Shown piece by piece: positions 53,701 to 64,000 of a stretch of 64,000 bases of DNA. Source of the stretch: Strigamia acuminata (lineage: Eukaryota); assembly GCA_949358305.1 (NCBI GenBank), contig OX442314.1:14446001-14510000 (forward strand), written 5' to 3'. The position numbers and the translations under genes are program-made. The notes under the pieces were generated by a model. The model searched no databases. It was not told the DNA's origin and was given only the letters and a program-made list of their open reading frames with translations. Positions within the stretch are counted from its first letter, which is position 1, and every line of letters begins with the position of its first letter.

Positions 53701-56700
53701 GCGTGCAGCGATTGTTTCAGTCTGGTGGTTCGACGCTGTCGGAGTTGGTTTGATTAAAATGCAAGTTGCGAGAGTTGTTTGATTTTCAAGGTGTTTTGCG
53801 AAGGAAATAGAGAAGATCAGTGGATTAGTTTCGACTGGATATTGTGCTAATAGCGCGTGACGTTTTTCCTAGTTGCGTCCCCTGGGACTGAGGTCAGAGG
53901 TTGCCCAGCTGAGTTGAGGTCCTGGACACTTTCTTGCTGGGACCAAGGCCCAACTTTTCGTTTCTAGGTCTTCAGTTTTACTTGTTTGGGTCTTTTCCCC
54001 ACTTCCCACTCCTACCCACTCCACTTCTACATCAGCTGTTGTTGAACAGGTGAGACAAATCAGGGTCACCTGTGTTTTCTGGGTACGATGATGGAAAAGG
54101 AAAACGATAGAAAATGACTAAACCTCAAAGATAATAATAATTGTTGTTGTTGTTGTTTGGATTTTAAAAACAGAAGGAAATGAAGTGCAGCACTTGTAAA
54201 CGTGTGTTTGTTGTTTTCAATAAATACTTTTCCATTTATTGTCCCAAAAACGTGAAAAGAAATCAATAAAGCGGTGGAAAAGGCATAATTTTAGGCCGAT
54301 TCAAGCGTATATTGCGGTCCATCTATTGTCGATTGAACATGGTCTTAAGCCCGGTCTGTTGAGGAGGTGAAGGGAGGCCTGGACGAGTTTCTTGCAAGGC
54401 GACGGACGAACGACTTACGGTTCCCACGCTGCCGCCACCCTCTCTACATTTCCCAGCCCCCCCTAAGAAACCGGCCCCCAATAAGAGTGGGACGGGGGGC
54501 GCAACAGGATGAGGTCATCAGCACCCTTACTACTTCTCTGCTACTACCTCCTTGAGGCAATCGAATCCCACCTGGACCAATCGCTCGCTCACTCGGTTCC
54601 CTCAAACAGGTGGGGTATGGAGGGCGAGGCCGTTTCCCACTGACCTTGATGGTTCGTGACGTCAAAACCGAAAGGTAGTTTTGCTATCAGCTGTTGCTAA
54701 GGCGACCGACATCATCTCTGCCGATGGCACGGAGTTGTGGAGCCACGCGACTGCATTTCCACGTGGCGCTTCAACTCCCCCGCGGCGCTGGGGTCATGAA
54801 TCAAGAACCGAGCGCCTGGACAGCATACAGAGAGACGCAGCAGGGAAAAAGAGGATGATTTTCAATGATTGACCAGCTTCCTGGAGCGAGAAGAAACCGC
54901 AGGTGATGGGTTGGATGTGGAGGAGGAGGTTGAAACACCAAGTCACCTGTCGCCAGGTGTATCCTGGCGTTGTAAGTGTCCCGCAATAAAGAAATTAAGA
55001 GTGGACACTTTGGAAGGAAATGTGGGAAATGGCCAAATGGGTGTAGTGGGCAGTTGCAAGTGTCCGGTTGCGAGGTCAGGTGTTAATCGTGTCAACGTAA
55101 ACTTGGATGACCAGCGCCAGTGAGTCTGTTCGAAGGCGGGGGAGGCGGACGGACATGTGTTGTTAAGAATCAGAGGTTCGTTTTGTGGGTAAACGAGTTC
55201 GCGGCCTGAAACGAGACCCCAACGTGGGAATAGCCCCTTTAAGAAAAGACCCCACGACGTACATCCGTCCTTACCTGTTGTACACGCACAGGTTGGAAGC
55301 TCCTTCGCCAAACCCCGCCCTCGTAGCACTCAAAAAGAGGAAAGACTTGCAAGTTTTCCACGGAGATGAGATTTCACTTCCCTTAACCCCTTTCTTTACT
55401 ATTCTCAACTGGTTTTAGGTGACACGATTGGCATGGGTAAATAAAACTGCACCTGGTGACAAATGTTTTAAGATAAATAAATTGAATAACACAATTTTGT
55501 CATTATCAAGCGTCGTAATTAGTGTGACGTAATATTAATAACGGGTGATGATTGGTCGATTTGTCAATTGTCAAAGATGGCTGCAAAGCAGATCTATATC
55601 TTCGTTCCAGAAAAAGAAAAACTAGAAAATAACGGGAATTTGGCATCGAAAAGAGCATAAAGAGATAGCGAAACGTAAGTTTTTTCTTTCAATTTAAATC
55701 AATACATCGTAAGAGAGAAGGAAAAATAGGATGAAAACCAAGTAAACAGTTAAAGCATTTAAATGGGTGTGTTATATTTAAAAGTCTGGAAAATGGGTTT
55801 TAAAATCCTTGTAAGGTTTCCTGAGGAAACGACAGGTGTGTGGGCGCTGCGAGGTAAGCAGGTGATGTTTTCATCATTGGGGACACATCGTGAGAAACAT
55901 CCTTGTATGCAGGGTAAAGGTCAATCACATGTGATCTAGAATTCTAGACGTATATGACTGATTTCACGAGCGAGTTTATTCACATTTCCATCAAATTTCG
56001 TCGCATTTCGTCGTTTTGGTTGCATTAAATGGATGACAAGTGAAGAAAATTCTTCCTGCTTGATAGCCAAAGGTGGAATGAGGTTGCATCTTCTGCCCAT
56101 TTGGCCGGAACGCCCCCTCGCGGCCATCGTCCTCCCAAGACCACCCTGTGTCGATGCAGAAGAAGTGGAGAAGAAAAGTTGTGATTCGCGGTACCTATGT
56201 AATGAATATGATGATGGAGTGATGAATGAATGGTTCATTATAGTGTGGTGAGGAGTTGGGGTTGGGGGATGTTATTGATAACGCTTAAGCTTTGATTTTA
56301 TTTTTCAAGAGACAATTAACTTCCGCTCTTTTTCTCACCGTCATGGTTGAGCAATAGCAAACGCCCTCTAGCGTGCACTTGAAGCGTCTCGAACATGAAT
56401 CGGGACTCGCTCCCACAGCCACTGTGTAATTGCGCTATAAAACTAAAAGACAAAAAAAAAAAAAAAAAAAAAAAAAAATATTAAAAAAAAAAAATTTAAC
56501 CAATGAATTTTTTCTGAAAAAAATTCCTTTTCACATCAACAAAAATATTCCAACATTTCCACATAAACATCAACATTTGCGACCCGCGCCATTTTGAAAT
56601 TTGAATTCCCATAGATAAAACCGGCATTTAACTGATTGAGTTTTTTTATTATTTAAATTCGTTCTCTTTCCTCATTGAGTGGCCGGAGTGATGATGGCGG

Positions 56701-57351
56701 GGGATGGGACGGGAGGAGGTCGGAGGAGGGTTATGCTAAGGAATCGGAGTGCACTGCTCGCGTGCATCGCCGCGCGCCCATTACGTCATTGGGCGCCACA
56801 GGAGAGGGACGGGTGGATTCGGCCAAAGGTGGGGTGGATGTGACCGTGGGAACGCTCGCTTGGCGTCCGCCGTCCAGCCTGCAGCCAGCGTGGGAAACGT
56901 GCGCCAGCCTTGGCAACCTTCCCTGCGGCCGGCCCGTGACCGGCGGCAGGCCAGGGTCCGAGTGCACACCCACCACCCGCGCAATCAACAGAAGCAACTT
57001 GCGGGGAGAAAGGGAGCGTGCGGTGGGCGCACTGAAAAGGGAACTGCTCCACCCGATAACGCCTTTTACAAGCGAGATAATGAAGCATTTAATAAACAAA
57101 ACACACACAAAACAAACTATTATTATTATTGTTGTTGAGTTTCCTCATTTGATAAATGGCTGCGATGTTAATGACTTGAATCAAAGCGAGAAAAAAAATT
57201 CAATTTTCGTCGTTTGTGAAGAATAATTATTAATTATTGCGAAATTTGGTTGTATATTGTAATATAATGTAATATAATGTGATATTAGTGCAGGTTTGAT
57301 GGAGATGCATCACCGATGGCGTAATAAGAGCCAATTAGCACTGCGTGAGAA
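50765..57351. promoter_or_regulatory. Cluster of GC-rich enhancer-like modules with Su(H)/CSL sites and CAGGTG E-boxes
   Basis: YGTGRGAA at 50782, 50870, 53377, 54421(-), 55021, 55223, 55889, 56845, 56889 and 57344; about 15 CAGGTG/CACCTG between 50498 and 55864; no credible coding ORF. Confidence 0.6.
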
Positions 57352-59160
57352 AGTAGCTCTCGTTGCTCCTCCACGTCCACTCGATAAGATGATGAATTTA
57401 CGGCCTCACTTTTTCCCCGCCTGCATTTGTCGAGATGACCGCGGGCGAAGGTGTTTATTCCCCCTACCTACCTTTCGAACACATGTCTGCGTTGCAGTTT
57501 TCGGGCTAAAATACTGTTAATGCTCGCAAGTGGACATCGTTCGGTTGGGATTCTTCGGGGTGGGTCGGCAGTTTTCAGTTTGTTTTTATTTAGGAAGTAC
57601 TTTGACCTTGAAATGAGTTTGTTCAAGGCTAATTGGGTGTCATTTTTAATTCTAATCGTTTTGAGTTTAATACTGAAGTGATTAGTTTTTTTTTTTAATT
57701 GGTGAAGTTGATTTGTTACTTTGTTGTTACATAGTTGTCTTGTCGTTAAAGTGGTTAAAGTTTGGTTTTTGAGGTAATAAAAGTGGCTTTTAAATTTTAA
57801 TTAGGTAATCAACAGTTTTTTTTTTATTTTGGTTTTTTTTTTGGTTAATGGATTTTCAATTTTGCTTTCAAGAAGTTTAAACGCAACTTTGTACATCGAA
57901 ATTGGGGAAATATCATTTGAGATGAGAATTTGTGTACTCAAAATTGAGTGTTTTTGTTCTGGGAATTTTTCCCAAATTTGAATTGAAATTAGTTGAAATT
58001 AAATTTTCAAATTTTATTTTGCGAAGGATTAATTGTATGAATAACAAATAAATGATGTTACTCATGGCTTGGAAATTGCACAACTCTTTTCCATGAAAGA
58101 ATTGACTTGTTTATAGTTGTATTTATACACTGGATTTAAAAGAGAAAAAAAAACTGCATGAGAACAATTTAAATAGCAAGTTGTTGATAATGAAATGCAT
58201 TAATCAATGCGGAAATGCATTGTAGTGAGTATAAAGTATGAAAGTCAAGGGCAAAAATATATTTACTATTTTAAACTTTTCTTTAAAATATTTCTACTTA
58301 AGAAGACGTTCATGAGAAAAATAAAATTTATTTTATTTTATTTTATATTATTTTTTTTTTGTTTAATTTTTTTGATCGTTAAATTTTTTATATTATTTTT
58401 TATCTTTTTAAAAAGAATTCATTTTTAAAAAATGCGAGTTTAAAAGGTTAGCGTGACAAGAAGACGTCACTTAGTTTTCGTGTCATCGTCCTGAAAAACT
58501 CCCGCGAAAAACAAAAAGCAATTTCCACGCCCTTTTTGGATTCTTATCAGATTGCAAAAGAGAATGTTCTCATAATAACGAAAAGGAAAGTTAACATGAA
58601 AAACAATAATACTTTAGCATAACTGAGAAAATTCCCATACGAGTTTTGTTTTCAAGAGCAGAGCGTCCCGGATCAAGTGGAAAACACTCAACACGTCATC
58701 AGGTTAATTACAAGGCCAACAATTTTTTCCCCTAATATGTAAAGAAAATGACTAATCTTTCTTCCCTTATTCTTTTAGTTTTAATGAGCAATCCCAAGAA
58801 ATATAATTCTCTCGAAACAATATAAAATTCCTCTTAGAAATCTCAGAAATCCAGTGAAATCTCTCGAAACAACTTCCATCTATTTAAAAAATAATTATAC
58901 ACTCTTTAAGCCAGAGGAGTCAGACAGTAATCAGCTAGAAATGAGAACAAAACAGAAAAATAATTATTATATTTATATAAAGAGGTATTTAATAGATTTT
59001 TTTCTTTTAAAAAGTCATTTAAAACAGCCACATCGTGATGTAATATCATGTCATTGCAGCGCTTTTAGAATTTAATCCCATCGTATAATAATATGTAAAA
59101 TAAAATCAACATTTTATAAACAAAAATTTTAAAAATTGTGAGTATTAAAATTTCAAATTA

Positions 59161-61433
59161 CTATACTTTAAGGCAACGTAGCTTTTTCTTCGGCAAAGAA
59201 GCCGTAAATTGAAAATTGTTAGGCCTTGGATTCGCCTCCACTTCTTGTCTGTTGTCGTCGTTATCCATTCGGTCAAAATCGTCACTTTTCAGAAGAGTTT
59301 CAGCACAAATATTTCTCTGTTTGAGGCTTGTACGAACGAGTAGTTCCAAAGTGAAAAGATGCTCGTCGTCAACTTCGTACACAAGATTTCTCATAAAATG
59401 TGCTAATTTGAGCACGTATTCTGCATTGTGCCCACTGCTGCCCTCGGTAGAAGCAATCTGCTCGGCTATCAGCTCTACTGGACCCGGTCCTAGGTAGAAA
59501 GGGTTATCCGAAGTGGCCATGTACACGAGCACGGGGATTGGCGATGAATCTGATGTATCATTTCGTGAAGTTCCACATTTGTTCTTGCTTTGAAACTGTA
59601 CAATTTGGGATATGTAACCCCCTAAACGTGATTCTCTGTTCTGTAAATAATCCAAAGCTGTAACTGATCCTTCGTCTGCAAGTTGAAACGCTCGACCCCA
59701 TGTAATACCCTGTTTCAAAAAAAAAATTAATAGTAAAGCTGTTTTTATTTATTTTTTTCCTTTAAAGAACAATTGTAACACAAATAAATGCGTCACAGGG
59801 ATATTGAACTTTGTGATGACCCACTAAACTGGTTTTCACTTCGTATCATGTCAAGGGCATTTAAAAGGAAAGTATTTTTAATGTTCGTATGTTAAATGAT
59901 GGGATAAGTAGTGGGCTCATTAAAAGAATTGTTGTATTTTTTTTTTAAATTTCTTATTTATCGGTTCGTTTATCTGGAATTGTTGAGCAATAAGTTAATT
60001 ATGGCAATATGGAAGTCCCACTTCAATGTAAATCAAATTAATTTAACAATTTAAATGGATGAGGATCGGTAAATTTAAAAATTGGTTATCCCTTACGATT
60101 TATTTGACTCGAATAACATTTTTTTTCTATTGTACTTTTCTTGTATTGCGTCGGAACCAACGTCTTGTTGGTTGCACATGTGCAGAAGTGTTATCTAACC
60201 TTGAACTTGAAAAACTCGAGAAAGTTTATAAATACAATTCGTTCCGGTTGATGTTGGAATGGCATTTGAGCCAAAATCAAAATTGTTTTCAAGAATTTAA
60301 TATTTTAGAGACAATGGCGGCTGTTGTGAAAGCACTTGTTTGTCCTAAACTCAATACCTTGAGTTTTGTTTAGTCTTTTCACGATGTTGCATTGAACTTT
60401 GCAGACTGAAAAAGATTACACATTATGTTTGATTGCATCCGATAATAGAAACAACTTTGTATTGCTTCATTTCATATCTGCTGTACATGTCTACAGGGAT
60501 TTTCTTTCGTTTCAAAATTAATTGCAACAAATGTGAAAATATTCCCACTAAGCATGAAACCTAATGTAAAATTAATAGCCGTTTATTATACAATCTGAAG
60601 TCGCTTCGGGCAAAAAACTAACTAATACAATATGTAATGTCTTTATGGATGTCAGAATAAATAGTACGTTATTATTATTACTATAATTATTAATTTCAAT
60701 GTGCGTTTTTTCTTTCGTTCGTTCGTTCTTTCTTTCTTTCTTTTTTTTAATTTAAAATTTTTTGGTTTTGTGATGCAGCAAAGGGTGAAAGAAAACAAAT
60801 TGACATTGAAACGTGTGTTTTGAAAAATAAATTTAACCAGAGGCTTTCTTAAATTACTCAGTAAGGTCATTCACCTCAGGATCTTCAATGAGGGTGGCCA
60901 CTCTTCCGGGCTGTAAGTAATAAATAAATAAAAATAAAAATTGTGAATAGCAGATAAGAATAGAACAGAAAAAAGGGAAAACATTTAAAACCCTTTAAAA
61001 TGGCAAACTGCCAGTGTTGGCAGACATTATAATTGATGAAAACGGTATAATTTAAGTCTTCTCGGATGTTTACACAGAAAACAGCTTAAATTTCAAAATA
61101 AAACAACAAAAAATGAAAATTCTACGTTTAATAATCTGTATGTACAGGTGTAAAACACACTGCAATGTGTGTTTTACACTGCACAGCACCATTCAAAGCA
61201 AGAGTAAGAAAATGAAAGTTCCACCAGAATTTTTAAAATAACTATTGAAATCTATTTTTTTTTGTCACCTGTTGAGGTGTTCCTCTTTGACAAGTGTTTC
61301 CTTGCCAGAAACGGCGCGAATATCCTTGGATGAACCCAATTTTAGACGATCGGAATTCAAATCCTGGATTCCAGATCAAGGAGCCATATCCAAATATCCA
61401 CAGGGAAGAGAAATGAGGGCTTTGTCGAGCCAT
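59161..61433 (-). CDS. CHAC: ChaC-family glutathione-specific gamma-glutamylcyclotransferase (CHAC1/Botch-like)
   Basis: LWIFGYGSLIW, GYSRRFWQG..RGT..PGRVATL, ALDYLQNRESRLGGY (catalytic Glu region), GSSGHNAEYVLKLA. Exons 61433-61269, 60910-60875, 59709-59161, all phase 0. Confidence 0.94.
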
Positions 61434-61538
61434 CGTCCATTTACAATCGGCAACGTTGACGAGAGGGAATGCCGATGACAAGAAGCTAAAGCTCACCAGC
61501 AGCTGTGCACGTGGCTGAATGACGGCCACGCGTCACTA

Positions 61539-61857
61539 TTACGTCAGGGTGTTGATGCGACCAATTGGATGTAACGGCTGGAAAAAATAGATGAATTTTA
61601 TTGGTGTTTTACACCAGTTCCGGAGCATGATGCAATGTTATTTATATTTGCAGCATGAAGAGAGAGCGTCAGACTGGGTCAAGACTGCGATAAACTCTCT
61701 TTGAATACAGAAAGGGTTACGAACTAAAAACAGAAAAAGATTTTTTTAAAAATACGCTCTGAAATATTTAGGTTAAATTAAAGGTTATCGTTAGCGAAAG
61801 CGTTGTGATAATGTTTATTTATTTTAAATTTGGATCCAAAGTTTGATTGTTACGTCA
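61539..61857. promoter_or_regulatory. ATF4-type elements upstream of ChaC: CARE/AARE TGATGCAAT and two TTACGTCA CRE/ATF sites
   Basis: TGATGCAAT at 61628-61636; TTACGTCA at 61539-61546 and 61850-61857; all within about 430 bp of the ChaC ATG. Confidence 0.55.
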
Positions 61858-64000
61858 GAATGATTTGATTAGCAGTGGTTGTTGAATAAACGAATTGTAT
61901 AATTGGAGGGTCCGTAAGGTACGCTGCCTGCAGGCTTTCCTACCGCGTCGGAGGGGGGTGAGGTGTGGCCGAAAAACCAATTAAGGTCGCAACTGACCGT
62001 CACTTGAAACAGTAAAATAATGGGACCCCCTCTTTTGTGCGCCATTGTCATTTCATGGGTTTCGATTGACTGCCCCTTGAAACTGGTTCGGCACAACACG
62101 GAAAGAAGGAAAGGGAAAAAAAATCCCCTTTTCGGTTTAGGTTGTGGCGATTATTTGTAATTATCGGTTCCGTTTGTCCCATAGGTAACCCACAGGTAAC
62201 CCACAGGTTTTGCTCATGATTAGGGGGATTGGGCAGAAAAGTCATTTGCGACAAACGAGGTTAAAAGGCGTGTTTTAATCCCATCAGAAGAACCCGAAAA
62301 ACGGGAGGATATACATAGCTGTGTGTAGAGCGTCGGGTCGTTAGGTGGGGGAGGGAAGAATAGAAAGGAAGAGGTGGGGGTATTTTGAAATACCGCCCAC
62401 ACCTGGGCTTGGGATTGAATAGATACGGGAGGAGTGGTTCTGGTATTCAGAGTCAGGAGGAATAATAGGCTTTCTCTCGAGCAACAAGTCACATTGGGCT
62501 GGCTTTGATGCATTGCATCTTAGTTACATACACACCTGAATCAGTGAATGTGCTTCGATTTGAATAGATTCGCAGGTGTGGGTGTGCAGTTGAATGTGTG
62601 CAAGCATCTCAACGACTTTGGGGGTCATTATGTGGGGGTGAAGGGTTGAAGGGCGCTGAAAGGAATCGACAAGAATGCCCTTTGTCTAAGTCGACTGATG
62701 ACATTATTTTACAAAAGATAGATGATGGTAGGTTGTGTCCTTTGACACGGGGGAATTTTTCATTCAAGTTTGCATCGAGGAAGTACCCAACGTATTATAA
62801 AGCCTAATTTGTACTGCTGGATTGGTTAGAATGGGGGATAAAAACACGACTTAGGTGGGGAAAGTTTGAAAATGTGGAGGATTTTACGTTTTCTGGGTGT
62901 TTTTGTGTGTTTTTATTTTTGTTATTTGTTGGTTTGAATGAAAAGGTTGACGTATGAAGGAATAGTTTCATTGATGATGAGAGGATGAATGTGCAAAAGT
63001 TATAATTTTGTTCGCTCATCCATGAAAGAAGGGCGTTAGGATGGGCTTCCGTTCTTGATCACGGTCTCACATCAATTTCGGTTTTGATGAACGGCCTTGA
63101 GACGATACTTTGTGCTTCTTTGGCTGACATTGGTTGCTTTATACACTCATTTCACAACACTGTACGTAACATGGGTTGTGATTTCTCCTCTTTGTTCGTG
63201 CTCAACCAGCGTTGGGCAGTGTGGCTTGTGGCCAGCTGTCCGCGTCCACATCCACACCACATCCGCTAGCGTTGCAATTTCAATTGCAGTCGCTGCCCCT
63301 GCACCTTGCTGTGTGCGGCTTTTCTGCTTTTTTTGCTCGCTGAAGAAAATCGTCCGTTTGGGACCATTTACAATTTTTTTTTTTTTTTTTTTTTTAAGTT
63401 TTAATTTGTTTTTCTTTTTTAAATTTCGTGAGCAAAAAAATAAATCAATTTAAAAATATAAATAAAATCTTTACGGTTTAAATTTTTTTTTGAGTATGCC
63501 ATGATTTATGTGTTAGTGATGTCAATGCGCGGTTTCTGCTTGATTTAATTATACTTTTTTTTTAAAGTTTTAAGGTTTGAAGAAACGTTTTATAATATAT
63601 TGTTTGTTACGTTACACCGAGACAAGTTTGAATGATTTATGTGAAAAAGAAAAACAAGCAGTCAAGCTTTGCGATTTTTTAAAAATATATTTTTCCTCAA
63701 TTGTGAAAATGACTTTCAAGTATAATTTAATTTGAACCACGTGATCATCCATGGTCAGCTGATAATCATTTCCTCGAGCTGTTTGTCCCTCCTCCGCCCC
63801 CGTGCACTTTTCTTTCGTGGAACCTTTAAGTCTTGTTGATCGCGTGGGAAAACTTGCGCTCCGCCTGCTGGCGGGGATCCAACACGCCAGCCAGGGGTGG
63901 AAACGGGAGCTGCTTCACCACCTGTCCATATGAAGATGAAGGCAGGAAGTTTATGATTTCATAAAATCAAAACTCATTTTTAATAGAAAACATGGAAGCA

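Noticed and set aside
54300..57226. ORFs of 100-183 aa in GC-rich islands (54943-55329, 56675-57226 and others)
   Set aside because: Open in several frames because of GC content, mostly with non-ATG starts, and no recognisable domain. WRPP at 56861 is not a terminal WRPW. No transposase, RT, RNase P/MRP, SRP or 7SK signature was recognised.
62183..62207. AGGTAACCCAC 11-bp tandem duplication
   Set aside because: Only two short units; not a CRISPR or satellite array.

Overview
AT-rich, gene-dense animal genomic DNA with many very short introns; a compact arthropod-like genome is my inference, and the species cannot be determined. Eight protein genes are recognisable: MLK/slipper-type MAP3K (-), pecanex (+), PPM1A/B phosphatase (-), UQCC2 (-), FEZ/Unc-76 (+), SRSF4/5/6 (B52-like) (-), INO80 (+) and a ChaC gamma-glutamylcyclotransferase (-). 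Non-obvious signals: (1) two intronic C/D snoRNAs (SNORD2/snR39B-like) in the SR gene, each with a second guide matching the immediately adjacent 28S segment; (2) a long candidate poison-exon intron in the same gene; (3) a U12-type intron and a GC-AG intron in pecanex; (4) a 13 kb interval (46-59 kb) with no recognisable protein gene but a dense cluster of Su(H)/CSL sites and CAGGTG E-boxes just 3' of ChaC; (5) ATF4-type elements and an overlapping uORF at the ChaC 5' end; (6) a 5S rRNA-derived fragment. No CRISPR or prokaryotic system is evident. All motif counts were made by eye.
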